Origin: a virus
IMG/VR virus record: IMGVR_UViG_3300009610_000003
Location: 1 to 64,000 of that record
Length of the DNA: 64,000 nucleotides
Strand: one strand, 5' to 3'
In this document: piece after piece, positions 46,676-56,320 of the stretch
How the letters are laid out: every line of letters begins with the position of its first letter
Position numbering within the stretch: the stretch's first letter is position 1
Position numbers and translations under genes: made by a program
The notes under the pieces: model-generated
The model's database searches: none
Told to the model about the DNA's origin: nothing
Seen by the model: the letters and a program-made list of their open reading frames with translations, nothing else

Positions 46676-47097
46676 GCAACCAGCCCGTGTATCTGGGCGA
46701 CGGCGTCTATGCCACCTTCGACGGGTGGTATGTCGAGCTTCGCCTGAGCCGCCACGACGTGCCCTTCGCCGTGGCCCTTGAGCCGCCGGTCATGGAAAAG
46801 CTGATCGCCTACTACAGGCAAGTGTCTAACCGGAAGCCGCAGCGGCCATGACCGCCATGCGAACTATTTGCTGGGCCTGCAAGACGACCCACGACGCCGC
46901 CACCCCGGTCAACAGCAAGAAGGACGCGCCCGCCGAGGGCGACGTGAGCCTGTGCCTCTCCTGCGGCGAGTGGGGCATGTTCACCGCCGCTGGCGAACTG
47001 CGCAGGCCGACCGACGACGAGTTCATGGAAATAGGCACCGACCCACGGATGCGCCTGACGCGCCAGTTGTGGGTCGAAACGGACAAGGAACGCAGGC

Positions 47098-47313
47098 GTG
47101 AGCAAGGAAGCCTTTCTGGAAGTGACGATCAGTTTCGCGGTGAACAGCGGCGACACGACCAGTGGCCCGATGCTGGTTCGCTTCGGGGCGATACAGACCA
47201 TCACCCCGCTGGCGAGCGGCACCAAGATCAGTCTGGGCGGGGGCACGGCGCTGTACGCGACCGAGAGCTACGAACAGATCGCGGCGGCGCTGGCCGGGGT
47301 CAAACCGCTGTGA
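47098..47313 (+). CDS. hypothetical protein
   Basis: part of an overlapping ORF chain; ATESYEQI. Confidence 0.45.
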   Translation: MSKEAFLEVTISFAVNSGDTTSGPMLVRFGAIQTITPLASGTKISLGGGTALYATESYEQIAAALAGVKPL

Positions 47314-47633
47314 GGCCGGTCTTCGCCAAGATCGGCACCGGGGGGCGGCTCAGCCTTGCGGACATCTGCGGGTTCATCCCGACCTTCCTCAGCCTCGCCG
47401 ACCCGCGCCCGGCGCGCGAGCAGCTTGACGCCCACTACCAGCACGGCGGCGGCTGGCGGCCACAGGAAGGCTTCACGATGCACGGCGGCATGAGCCTGCA
47501 CTATCCCGGCGACCCGGCGTTCCGGCCCTTGGCCATGGCCCGGTTCCGCGACGAGAAGATCGTCATCTACGAACACGAATATGTTGCTGTCATCCAGCCG
47601 GATGGCAGCTTCGAAGTCAGCAGGATGAATTGA
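47310..47633 (+). CDS. hypothetical protein
   Basis: GFIPTFL...DPRPAREQ...Y.HGGGW...YPGDP; GTGA overlap. Confidence 0.55.
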   Translation: MRPVFAKIGTGGRLSLADICGFIPTFLSLADPRPAREQLDAHYQHGGGWRPQEGFTMHGGMSLHYPGDPAFRPLAMARFRDEKIVIYEHEYVAVIQPDGSFEVSRMN

Positions 47634-47642
47634 GGGTACGAC

Positions 47643-47915
47643 ATGAACAAGGAACGTAGAGCCGCCATCGCCAAGCTGCGCGGCGAGCTTGAAGAACTGG
47701 CAGATAGTCTTGCAAACCTGCGGGACGAAATTGAAACCCCGCGCGACGAAGAGCAGGAATACTTCGACACCATGCCCGAGAGCATTCAGGGCGGCGACAA
47801 AGGGCAGGTCGCCGAGGCCGCCGTCAACTCGCTTCAGCAGGCTTACGACTATCTGGACAACGCCCACAGTGAAATTCAGAACGCCATCGGCGAACTGGAA
47901 GAAGCAGCCGCATGA
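47643..47915 (+). CDS. small acidic helical protein
   Basis: MNKERR...EEQEYFDTMPESIQ; last gene of the plus block. Confidence 0.7.
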   Translation: MNKERRAAIAKLRGELEELADSLANLRDEIETPRDEEQEYFDTMPESIQGGDKGQVAEAAVNSLQQAYDYLDNAHSEIQNAIGELEEAAA

Positions 47916-48318
47916 ACTAAGGTTTGGGGAGTGTCATGCGGCGAGGGGCGCGGGTTGCCACACGGCCCGCGCCCTTTTATACTTCCTGCCGGGTCGGAGG
48001 TGGTGAAGGTCAGGGTTACTTCTGGAAAAAAGTGCGCCCCTGTCCGCTTGTTCCCCTTCGACCTAGATGCCCGGTCGCGACGACGAACGCCAAGTGCCCA
48101 TCAAATTGTGGCGCAGCCACAGGATGCCCGTAGCGCAGCCCAGCAGCCCCGTACAGCGCGATGAGCCCGTTTCCGCTACCAGACAGCCGCCAGCCCCACG
48201 GAACGCGCCCAGCGAGCCCGCAGGCGGCCCAGCGCCTAACCCAGCAGCATCACCAGCGCCACCAGCAGGCAAAACACCGCCGTCCACATGAAAATTGCCG
48301 TGAGTTGCCGCATGGCCC

Positions 48319-48783
48319 TCATCCTCGCCGCCGCGCCGTGCGACTGGTCAATATGGCCATGACGTTCGCCCAGTTCCACTCGGTGGGCGGGCCGGGCCAG
48401 CGGCCCAGCACGGCGCTTCCGGGAAGGTCGTTCAGGCCGAGCTTGGCGAGGTCGCGCGCGGCATCCCCGGACACGGCCCACAGGCTGTCGCCTCGCCGCT
48501 GCGCGCTGCCGACGCCCTTTGCCCGGATCAGGAACGTGCAGTGCACGCCTGCCCGCCGATGGGTTTCGAACCACGCCACCTGATGCGGGCGCAGGGTCAC
48601 GGCCCAGCCGTTGGTCATCTTGTGTTCGATCCACCCTGACGTTTGGGTGGGCTGATGCGCCCAGAAGCTGTCGGGCACGCCAGCGTGGGTCGAGCCCGTC
48701 TCGATGGGCGTCCACAGCCACCCTTTGCTCTTGTGCAGGTGGTCTTGCACGATGCGGCGCAAGCCCGCGTCGGCGACGGTCAT
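48319..48783 (-). CDS. PD-(D/E)xK nuclease (VRR-NUC/Holliday-junction resolvase-like)
   Basis: IET...GVPD...WIEHK...LRPHQVAW. Confidence 0.75.
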   Translation of the reverse strand: MTVADAGLRRIVQDHLHKSKGWLWTPIETGSTHAGVPDSFWAHQPTQTSGWIEHKMTNGWAVTLRPHQVAWFETHRRAGVHCTFLIRAKGVGSAQRRGDSLWAVSGDAARDLAKLGLNDLPGSAVLGRWPGPPTEWNWANVMAILTSRTARRRG

Positions 48784-48959
48784 GTCTTTGTGGGCTCCGT
48801 CACATGCTCGCTGCCATCGGGCAGCATGATGATGCGTCGGCACCAGACGCAGCCAGCTTTCTGCGCATCGACCGCCTCGTCGCCCATCAGCAGGCATACA
48901 GGCGGCCCCTGACAGACGATGATCGTGGGTGGCTCGTCGTCTTCGTCGGCGATGGTCAT
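48780..48959 (-). CDS. small Cys-rich hypothetical protein
   Basis: 59 aa by hand translation; ATGA overlaps on both sides. Confidence 0.5.
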   Translation of the reverse strand: MTIADEDDEPPTIIVCQGPPVCLLMGDEAVDAQKAGCVWCRRIIMLPDGSEHVTEPTKT

Positions 48960-49708
48960 TGCCGGGGGCTGAGGTAGTGGTCAACCGTGTGGCGCACGTC
49001 GCTATCGTTGCGGTAGATGTCGTTTTCGCGCGCCACCCATCGGAGGTAGTCGAGCGGCACTTCGGCCCATGGCTGGCCCTTGTGCTTGCCGAAATTGCAG
49101 GTGGCCAGCAGCACCGGGGTCTGGCTGAGTTGCAAAAGGTTAGCCGGTGTCCGACCCGTCGCCAGCATCCGTAAAAGGATCGCACCTGTGCACGCCGCAT
49201 CGTAGAGCGCCCTGTGCGGGGCCATGCCCGCCAGCATCTCTTTAGGCGGCTCAGCATTCAGGTGATAGCGCAGAACTTGGTTCCCCATCTTCGGGCTTTC
49301 CGGGTAGAGGTGCCGGGCGCACTGGTAGGTGTCGATGAAGGCCAGCGACAGTTCCGGCAGGAACTTCATGTCGAACTTCGCATTGTGCGCCGCATAGAGC
49401 ATGGTGCCGGGCTGCTCAGCCGCCTTTAGCTGCCCGATGGCGATGCCCCGTGGCACGCAGTAGGGCGCACCGGGCTTGACCTGATCGGGGTGGATGTGGT
49501 GGGCGGCCCGCGCCGCCGGGTGCATGGCCGCTGTGGTTTCGATGAACGACCACGCATATTCGCCAAAGACCCAGCCGCTGGCTGGCCGGGTGTCGTCGCC
49601 GACCTTTCTGAGGTTGACCAAGCCTAACTCGCACATCTCGGCTCCGTTGGCCGGGTCGTCGCCGGTCGTCTCGGTGTCCAGCACGACGATGCGGTTCACG
49701 TTGTCCAT
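48956..49708 (-). CDS. DEDDh 3'-5' exonuclease (ExoX-like)
   Basis: LDTETTG, AHNAKFD and HRALYD motifs; FGKHKG...VP.DYL.W tail. Confidence 0.9.
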   Translation of the reverse strand: MDNVNRIVVLDTETTGDDPANGAEMCELGLVNLRKVGDDTRPASGWVFGEYAWSFIETTAAMHPAARAAHHIHPDQVKPGAPYCVPRGIAIGQLKAAEQPGTMLYAAHNAKFDMKFLPELSLAFIDTYQCARHLYPESPKMGNQVLRYHLNAEPPKEMLAGMAPHRALYDAACTGAILLRMLATGRTPANLLQLSQTPVLLATCNFGKHKGQPWAEVPLDYLRWVARENDIYRNDSDVRHTVDHYLSPRQ

Positions 49709-49795
49709 GGGCCAGCCTTGCGTTGTGGTGCGAAGCACCGCATAGTGACGGTGCGAAGTGTTTGACACCCTCAGACCTTGGTACGCAAGCTCAAC

Positions 49796-50032
49796 TCAGG
49801 CCCCTTCGTCGGGGGCCTTTTCTTTGAGCGCGGTGTCAGCAATCTCCCGGACCCATGGCACGATGCGCCGGTCGTGACTGATGTTCAGCAGCGCCATGCG
49901 GAACCGGGCGTTTTCTTCCTTCAGCTTCCTGATAGCCCACCAGCGCCTGCGCGCGATGGTCTTTTTCCTAGCGGCTTCGGTCTGTGCGTCCAGCGTGAAA
50001 TCGATCTTCCACGGGTTGGGCTTCGGCTTCAT
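49796..50032 (-). CDS. hypothetical protein
   Basis: ATGA overlap; 78 aa. Confidence 0.45.
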   Translation of the reverse strand: MKPKPNPWKIDFTLDAQTEAARKKTIARRRWWAIRKLKEENARFRMALLNISHDRRIVPWVREIADTALKEKAPDEGA

Positions 50033-50505
50033 TTTTCCAGTCGGTCAAGAATGAGGTTCACCCGCTCGTCGCCCAGCGCGGCCAGCCGGGTGACAATCGT
50101 CTGTAGGCTGCTCAGCACCGTGTCACCGCCATCGAACCTGTCGGTGGCGTACTGGTGGTGAGCGTCATACTTGTCGCAGCGGCGGCAATAGCGGGTGAGC
50201 CGGGCATTCACATCGGTGGCCACGGCCTTGCATTTCTGGCACTGGTAGGGACGGCGCTTGACCTCGGCCCGGAATGCCAGTTCCTCGGCCCGCGCCCGTT
50301 CCTGTCGCATGGCGAGAGCGGTCGGGGATGGCGAGTGGGTCGGAGATGGCGAGTATGGGGCCGGGGGCGCATAAGTCACGAAACCGATGTAGTCGTGATA
50401 ATTGAACTCGGCCAGCGTGATGCCCCGTTCCTTCAGATACCGGTAGACGTTCGCGTCAAGCTTCGTATCGACATCGATCACCATGGCTTCTTGGCCTCTC
50501 CCCAA
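50029..50505 (-). CDS. hypothetical zinc-finger protein
   Basis: CQKC...CRRC. Confidence 0.5.
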   Translation of the reverse strand: MGRGQEAMVIDVDTKLDANVYRYLKERGITLAEFNYHDYIGFVTYAPPAPYSPSPTHSPSPTALAMRQERARAEELAFRAEVKRRPYQCQKCKAVATDVNARLTRYCRRCDKYDAHHQYATDRFDGGDTVLSSLQTIVTRLAALGDERVNLILDRLEK

Positions 50506-52457
50506 GTGGGTCCTACCTCGAAATCGACAATCGTCGGGACGACGAGCGGCGTCGTTTCGACCATGATCGCCTGTGCCTTCTCGGCGACCGCCCGGTCGGC
50601 GGTGCTGATGTCAAGCTCGTCGTGCAGTTGCAGCATCGGCACGATGCCTTCGCGCCAGCAGGCGAGCATCGCCAGCTTGGTCTGGCGCGCGGCTGAGCCC
50701 TGAATGAGGTTGTTCAGGCTCTTGCGGGTGTCGGCCCGCCGCAGCATCGTCTTGGCCCATGGGTGGTCGGGGTTCTCGCGCCGCTTCATGGCCTCGTCGT
50801 AGCTGCACGGGCTCATCTTGTGCCCCTGCGCCTCGGCGCTCATGCGCGTGTCGAAATCGACATAGCCGCCCTCCCAGCGCGGGTAGTGCATCCGGGCACC
50901 GTCGATCAGCCTGATGTAGCCGCGCTCGTTGGCGGCCCGCTTGCATTCGTCCTCTAGGCTTTTGATGAACGGCAGGCGGTTGTGATAGTCGCGCAGCAAC
51001 TCTTCAGCTTCGGCGAGGCTCAGGCCAAGCTCTTCCGCCAGCGCCCGCTTGCCTTTGCCGTAGGTCATCGACAGGTTCAAAATCTTGGCGATGGCGCGGG
51101 GCCGGTCAACCATCTCGGCGACCATCTGGTGATAGTCGGTGCGCGGGTCGTCCAGATACCGCTGCACTGCCGCCTCAGCGCCCCGTGCACCGACCTTGGA
51201 CGCGAAGTGCACGGTCAGCCGTGGCTCCTGCTGGGAATAGTCAAGCGCCACCCAGCGCTCGCCCTCTTCCGGGAGGAAGCAGCTTCTGATCGCCACGCCG
51301 ATGTCGTCCTTGTCAGGGGAAGGCATCTGCTGAAGCGGTGGTTCCGAATAGCTGAACCGGTGCGAGCGTGTCCCCCCGGACGTGTCGCGATACTGGTGTA
51401 TCTCGGCGTGGATGCGGCCCCGGTATTCGTAGCTCAGCAGGAAGTTCTCAAGGAACTTCGACTTGGCTTCCTCGTACTTTTCAGCGACCGCACAGGCGCG
51501 CGGCAGCGGGTGGTCGTGCTTCTCCATCCAGTCTTTGGTGAAGCTCGCCTGTGAGGTCTTCTGGGTGCGCGGGAAGGCGATATGCTCGCGGCTGAACCAT
51601 TCTTCCATCTGCTTGGGCGAGCGCACCTCTTTCATGCTGGCGGCACGCTTCAGTTCCAGCAGCGAGCCGACCTCGGCCAGTGCCGCGTCGCGCTTGGCGG
51701 TGAACGCCTTCATGGTCTGTTCGATGCGGGGCATGTCCAGCCGGATGCCGCGCCGCCGCATGGCGGTCACCATGGGCAACAACGCCATCTCGGTGTCGTA
51801 GGCCCCGGTCAGGTTTTGCGCGTGCAACAGCGGTGCCGTGTGCTGCCACAGCGCCCATGTCTGCTCAGCGTCGGCGATGGCGTAGGGGGCCGCGAACTTG
51901 GCTTCCACGGCCCAGATGGCCTGAGCCGCCTTGGCGGGGTCGTAGCCCTCGCTTTCCACGGCCTGCGCCAGCAGCTTCTTGTCCTTGCCGGGAAGGCCGA
52001 TGCGATGGCAGCAATCGTCCAGCGCGTAGCTGAATTCGTTCTCGTCGGTCAACACACAGGCGGCGAGCGTGTCATCGATCTGCGCGCCGGTCAGGTCGGC
52101 CCCGCTCGTCGTCAGCCAGCCATAGTCGTAGGCGGCGTTGTGGAAGACCAGCCGGGTGGCGCTCTTGGCGATGTCGGTCACCCACTGCATGACCTCTGTC
52201 CGCGCGAAATGGTTGCCGTCAGCATGGTAGATCGGCGCATAGCCGCTGGTGCCCTCGGCGGCCCAGCTTACGCCGCAAATGTAACCTTGGCCGAAAGCCC
52301 AGCCGGGGCCTTTGCCATGCTCAAGACCCATGTCGCGGGTTTCGCAGTCAAGCACCACCACCGGATGCTGCCGCAGGTCGGGCAGTTCCGATGGTGGTTT
52401 CCAGTCGCTGTCGGGGCGGAACAAGCCAAGCTGCCCTTGTTTGAACCTCTTGGCCAC
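50478..52457 (-). CDS. polA: family A DNA polymerase with 3'-5' exonuclease
   Basis: LDCET, FHNAAYD, DYSQQEPR (motif A), AKILNLSMTYG (motif B), LHDEL (motif C). Confidence 0.95.
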   Translation of the reverse strand: MAKRFKQGQLGLFRPDSDWKPPSELPDLRQHPVVVLDCETRDMGLEHGKGPGWAFGQGYICGVSWAAEGTSGYAPIYHADGNHFARTEVMQWVTDIAKSATRLVFHNAAYDYGWLTTSGADLTGAQIDDTLAACVLTDENEFSYALDDCCHRIGLPGKDKKLLAQAVESEGYDPAKAAQAIWAVEAKFAAPYAIADAEQTWALWQHTAPLLHAQNLTGAYDTEMALLPMVTAMRRRGIRLDMPRIEQTMKAFTAKRDAALAEVGSLLELKRAASMKEVRSPKQMEEWFSREHIAFPRTQKTSQASFTKDWMEKHDHPLPRACAVAEKYEEAKSKFLENFLLSYEYRGRIHAEIHQYRDTSGGTRSHRFSYSEPPLQQMPSPDKDDIGVAIRSCFLPEEGERWVALDYSQQEPRLTVHFASKVGARGAEAAVQRYLDDPRTDYHQMVAEMVDRPRAIAKILNLSMTYGKGKRALAEELGLSLAEAEELLRDYHNRLPFIKSLEDECKRAANERGYIRLIDGARMHYPRWEGGYVDFDTRMSAEAQGHKMSPCSYDEAMKRRENPDHPWAKTMLRRADTRKSLNNLIQGSAARQTKLAMLACWREGIVPMLQLHDELDISTADRAVAEKAQAIMVETTPLVVPTIVDFEVGPTWGEAKKPW

Positions 52458-52460
52458 GGG

Positions 52461-52964
52461 TCAGATGCCCCGGTTCAGTTCCTGCCGCACGGCGCGCACG
52501 GCGTCGTCCATGCCCGTGTCGGCGTCGCTGGCGGCAGCGTGGTGGCCGCCGTTCTCGGGCGTGCCGCCATGACCGTTGGCAGCAACCTCTTTCGTCCGCT
52601 TGCCATAGATGTCGTGAACCCGCTGCATGGCTTCCTCGCGGGTGCAGCCCCAGCCCACGGCGAGCGCGGCGTAAAGCTCCTGCCCGTCATAGGGCCGCAC
52701 GGGCTTGCGCAGGCGGTCTGCGACGCAGCGGGCGTAACCGGCGATGTCGTCCCAGTGATCTTCGTGGCTGGGGTCGCCTGCCAGTATGCGGGCCATCTTG
52801 TGGGCGATCATATAGAGCGCGTGCCGCTGGGGGTCGGGCAGGATGGGCCAGTTGCGCTCGCGCTGCATGGCCCGCAGCATCTCCCACGTCGCCCGTGAAT
52901 TCTCGTTGAATTCGCCATGCACGGGGGCGCGCTCGCTCATCACCTTGGCGGTCTTGTCCATCAT
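52461..52964 (-). CDS. DUF6378-like all-alpha protein (possible nucleotide pyrophosphatase)
   Basis: ER...HG.F...KMARIL.GD....DHW.DIAGYA. Confidence 0.7.
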   Translation of the reverse strand: MMDKTAKVMSERAPVHGEFNENSRATWEMLRAMQRERNWPILPDPQRHALYMIAHKMARILAGDPSHEDHWDDIAGYARCVADRLRKPVRPYDGQELYAALAVGWGCTREEAMQRVHDIYGKRTKEVAANGHGGTPENGGHHAAASDADTGMDDAVRAVRQELNRGI

Positions 52965-53545
52965 GCGCTTTCCTTCAGGTTGTAGCCCACGGCCCCGGTG
53001 CGCCGGTTCATCTGGTACAGCACGTCTTCGTGCCTTGCGTCGGCGCGCTCAATGAACTCATTCACGGCGTTGTAATCGTCGCGGGTCAATGTTGCCGCGA
53101 GCTTCAGGGCGGCCTGTCGCGTGCGCATGACGATGGCGATGGCGTACATATTGCCCATCAGCCGTTCCACCATGCCGAACTGCATTATTTCCAAGAGGTC
53201 GCACACCTTGATGCGGGCGATCAGGTTTGGATGCAGCGGCGGCAGTTGCGCCAGCTTCAGCTTGTCCATCTCCCGGCGTTCCAGCCGCTCAACGATGCTC
53301 TTGAGGTCGGGATTTTCCGCTTTCACGGGGAACGGGATGTCGCCGACGCCAAGCTCGCCCGCGTCGTGCAGGCGGATATAGCGTTCGACCGGGCCGCCCA
53401 GATCGCCGAAGATGGCCGCGTAGATGCAGGCCATCTGCCAGCTATGCTCAGCCACCGTCTGGGTCTGGATGGTAGGCCACGTGTGATACCTTCTGGTGCG
53501 GCCCGCGAAATACAGGTCGTCGGTCACGAAATCGGTTTGGGTCAT
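52961..53545 (-). CDS. HD-domain 5'-deoxynucleotidase (YfbR-like)
   Basis: RRYH...VAEHS...LHD..E...GDIP.PVK...K..D. Confidence 0.85.
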   Translation of the reverse strand: MTQTDFVTDDLYFAGRTRRYHTWPTIQTQTVAEHSWQMACIYAAIFGDLGGPVERYIRLHDAGELGVGDIPFPVKAENPDLKSIVERLERREMDKLKLAQLPPLHPNLIARIKVCDLLEIMQFGMVERLMGNMYAIAIVMRTRQAALKLAATLTRDDYNAVNEFIERADARHEDVLYQMNRRTGAVGYNLKESA

Positions 53546-53850
53546 GTAGCGTCCTCGTCAACAATGCCTCTTCCGACCTTGCTTTTACGATCCTTTTTCG
53601 TTCCGGGCAAACCTTCGGGCTCAGGTTCGTGGTCTTCCAGCCGCTCGCGCGCCTCGCGCCGCTGCCGGGGTGGCAGTTCCTTGGCCGCCGACGCAGCCCT
53701 CGTCGCCGCCGCCTGACTGACGCGGGCCAGCACTTCGACCTGACCGGTGCCGCTGCACGACAGGCACGGGTTGCCCGATACCGGGTCGGTGCCCTCGCCA
53801 GCGCACGCCTCGCAGTCGCGTACCTTCTTGATCGTCCTGAAAATGCTCAT
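53542..53850 (-). CDS. DnaJ-type zinc-finger small protein
   Basis: CEACAGEG...CLSCSGTG. Confidence 0.6.
   Translation of the reverse strand: MSIFRTIKKVRDCEACAGEGTDPVSGNPCLSCSGTGQVEVLARVSQAAATRAASAAKELPPRQRREARERLEDHEPEPEGLPGTKKDRKSKVGRGIVDEDAT
53582..53610 (-). promoter_or_regulatory. AAGGATCGTA-class promoter, intragenic
   Basis: TTGCCC-ggaacgaaaAAGGATCG-TAAAAG; ends 37 nt before the HD gene start. Confidence 0.6.
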
Positions 53851-54146
53851 TTCCATGTCTCCTTGACGCGCCAATGTTGAAGCAGGCGGATTTTCCCTGA
53901 CGAATTCATGCCCGCCAGTTTGACGGGGTCATCAAGGAACCCCTTGTCATGCAGCGGCTTCATGCGCGGCGAGACAGACCACTTGTCGATGTTCATCTCG
54001 GCAGCGATCTGAATTGAAGTCATGTAGCGTGGCCAGCATGTCCGCATGAAATTAAAGACATCCTCTTCCAATTTCGATTTCCCAACAATGCTTGCGGCCA
54101 GATGTGAAGTGTAGGGGTCGCCCGGTCGGGCTGATGCACTTGTCAT
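53847..54146 (-). CDS. winged helix-turn-helix protein
   Basis: AR..DP.TS..AA...T..QIA......SVSPR...L...G. Confidence 0.65.
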   Translation of the reverse strand: MTSASARPGDPYTSHLAASIVGKSKLEEDVFNFMRTCWPRYMTSIQIAAEMNIDKWSVSPRMKPLHDKGFLDDPVKLAGMNSSGKIRLLQHWRVKETWK

Positions 54147-55129
54147 TTCTTCATCCTCCGTTTCAGCCACGCTGCCGTAGCAATTCGCCAGTCAGGCGCG
54201 GCAATTGAATGTGCCCAGTTCAGTGCTTCTTCCCAGTCATGCTCTTTGCGCAGTTTGTTCGCGAGGAACATGGGCCGCGCCGTGTTGGTCAGGAATTCAT
54301 TTCGCAGCTTCGGCACCTCGTCGGGGTCGGCGACATAGGCCCTGACATCGGCGTCGAATGTGTAGGGGTCGGTCACCAGCGGCAGCGTGCCGGGGTAGGC
54401 CGGATGACGGGACATCGCGTCAAGGCTCACCAGATGCTTGGCGCTGTCGTACATATGCCAGTTCCAAGAGAACTGGGTCATCGTGCCCATGCCGACGCCG
54501 ATGCGCGCGGCGAGGTATTCCTGCAAGATTGAGAAATGCACGACATTCGCGCCGTAGCAGCCCCAGACGATATCGTTGCTGCGGCAGGTGACGCCAAGAT
54601 CAAGCGCGTTTTTCTGAATGCGCAGGTAAATCTGGGTGTTGCAGGGGCGATCCTTTAAGCCAACGACACCCAGATCACATGGCGCGTCCCACATCTGGAT
54701 GACGGCTTGGCGGCTGGTCGGGTCGTCCTGCAAAATGCTAATTACTTTTTTCAACTGGTCTAGCGCCGTGTTGGTGTAGGCATTTGGGTTCTCGAAATGG
54801 CGACGCCACCGGTAGCCGTAGGCCCCGTGCATCTGTCCGTCTTCCTCGGCGAACCGGGCCGAGAAGTCGCCGACGAACTGGTCAAGCCATGTCGCGTCGT
54901 TCTGCCCGGCGAGCATCCACAGCGCTTCGTGTAAGTGAAATATAGGGTTTGCATCCCTGACCGGGTCGAACAGCACCCGCTGCATCGGTTGTGCATAGTT
55001 GGTGACCACCGGCCACGGCACGACGCGCACGTTACCCGCCCGCGACGGCTCAGGCACGCCGTACATATCAATCAGGGTGATTGCCTTCGGCCATGCGTCG
55101 TTGACGTTGGTCGCGTGTATCGTCCTCAT
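54143..55129 (-). CDS. thymidylate synthase-fold enzyme, probable dUMP hydroxymethylase
   Basis: RDANP.FHL.E.LWML.G, HGAYG.RWR, PCN and RSND..WG..GAN motifs (Asn indicates dUMP specificity); start MRTIHA. Confidence 0.8.
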   Translation of the reverse strand: MRTIHATNVNDAWPKAITLIDMYGVPEPSRAGNVRVVPWPVVTNYAQPMQRVLFDPVRDANPIFHLHEALWMLAGQNDATWLDQFVGDFSARFAEEDGQMHGAYGYRWRRHFENPNAYTNTALDQLKKVISILQDDPTSRQAVIQMWDAPCDLGVVGLKDRPCNTQIYLRIQKNALDLGVTCRSNDIVWGCYGANVVHFSILQEYLAARIGVGMGTMTQFSWNWHMYDSAKHLVSLDAMSRHPAYPGTLPLVTDPYTFDADVRAYVADPDEVPKLRNEFLTNTARPMFLANKLRKEHDWEEALNWAHSIAAPDWRIATAAWLKRRMKK

Positions 55130-55323
55130 ATCAGCCCTTCTCTCATCGCCAGCCATTCCGGCAGCGTCACGATGACGATGTCGCTGCCCCTTTTCCCTTC
55201 GATGTCGCACTGGCTCTTGGGTAACCAGACGGCATCTTTTTCCTCGCCGCTGTCGGACACCAGAATAGCCATGGGGGTTTCGTGGTGCAGGTGCAGTGTC
55301 AGGTCGATTGGCTCGCGGCTCAT
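55126..55323 (-). CDS. small hypothetical protein
   Basis: VWLPKSQ...LPEWLA..EGL; ATGA overlaps. Confidence 0.65.
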   Translation of the reverse strand: MSREPIDLTLHLHHETPMAILVSDSGEEKDAVWLPKSQCDIEGKRGSDIVIVTLPEWLAMREGLI

Positions 55324-55883
55324 AGTCCCAGCAACTCCATGGTCTTGGTCATCGCCTCGGCGCGTGGCAGCATGAACACGTTCAGGCCAATTTTCCGGTT
55401 GTTCCGGGTCGTGACGATCAGCGACCGGTGCTTGTTCCGGGTGTGAACCTCGTTGAACGGGTTGGGGCTTTGCGCTGCCTCGCGGCGCGCGTAGATCGAC
55501 GCCAGACACTCGTCTATCGTGGTGGCCAGCAGGATGACGGTGAGGCCCCCGGCGGCGTCCAGCTTGCGCAGGCGGGGTTTCCCCCAGCTACCCACCAGCA
55601 GCCCTTCAAACAGCACGTTCTGGCCCCGCAGGGCCTCGGCGACGATCAACGCTTCCTGATCGTTGGCCGCCCCCGGCCACGTCTGCGCGTCGCAGCCACC
55701 GGTCGCCTCATCGTAGCGCCCGATGACCGTCAGCTTGGCCTTGTCCCAGATGTAGGCCCCGACCTTGCGCCGTGGCCCGAGCGGGAGCTTGAGCGCCTTG
55801 TCCATGCCCCCGGCCCGTGCCATCGCCTCGCGGGCGATGAAGCTCTTGCCGGAACCCGACGCACCTCTCAACAGCACAATCAT
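55320..55883 (-). CDS. P-loop kinase, candidate 5-hmdU DNA kinase
   Basis: RGASGSGKS, G.Y....GGCD, VLFEG, C...I..RR; gene context. Confidence 0.7.
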   Translation of the reverse strand: MIVLLRGASGSGKSFIAREAMARAGGMDKALKLPLGPRRKVGAYIWDKAKLTVIGRYDEATGGCDAQTWPGAANDQEALIVAEALRGQNVLFEGLLVGSWGKPRLRKLDAAGGLTVILLATTIDECLASIYARREAAQSPNPFNEVHTRNKHRSLIVTTRNNRKIGLNVFMLPRAEAMTKTMELLGL

Positions 55884-56320
55884 GGGCGATCCATTAGATA
55901 CTGCTTAAAGTATTCGTTGGCGAGCGCGCCCTTCCGAACCTGCTTCACGGCCTCGATTGCCTCGGCTCCGGTCAGGCCCCGCAGCCGCATCAGGGCCAAT
56001 GCCGCCACCAACCCCGAGCGGTTGCGTCCGCCCCAGCAATGCACCAGCGCGCAGCCGCCCTCCCGGATGTGGCGTTCGACACGCACGGCGGCATACTCGG
56101 CGACGATTGCCGCTTCGCCCGTGACCTTGCCGTCTGGCATGGTCTTCTGCTCGTACCAGCCCACCAGTTCGCGCACCCGCGCATCGGGCGTGTGCCACAG
56201 GTTCATCACGCCGGTAATGTCATGGTCGCCAATCAGGTAACGCACTTCGTTATCGGTCAAGGTGTGGGTTCGCGCCGACAGGTACATCCGGCCCGGCATC
56301 AACTCGTAGACCCGCATCAT
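55880..56320 (-). CDS. dual-specificity/PTP-like CX5R phosphatase
   Basis: PDG acid loop and LVHCWGGRNRS active-site motif; ATGA coupled on both sides. Confidence 0.9.
   Translation of the reverse strand: MMRVYELMPGRMYLSARTHTLTDNEVRYLIGDHDITGVMNLWHTPDARVRELVGWYEQKTMPDGKVTGEAAIVAEYAAVRVERHIREGGCALVHCWGGRNRSGLVAALALMRLRGLTGAEAIEAVKQVRKGALANEYFKQYLMDRP

Noticed and set aside
47916-48318. ORFs in the convergence zone between the early and replication blocks
   Set aside because: Low-complexity translations in several frames with no convincing start signals
49170-49186. Further AAAAGGATCG match
   Set aside because: Followed by CA rather than TA, antisense within the exonuclease gene, and without a matching -35
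50478-53545. Z-genome (diaminopurine) system suggested by the HD hydrolase, an all-alpha pyrophosphatase-like gene and PolA
   Set aside because: No PurZ/adenylosuccinate-synthetase-like ORF in the window; the neighbours point to thymidine modification
54143-55129. dCMP hydroxymethylase or ordinary ThyA
   Set aside because: The specificity residue is Asn (GAN), not Asp; the RSND..WG motif and the kinase/transferase neighbours fit dUMP hydroxymethylase better than ThyA, though this is unproven
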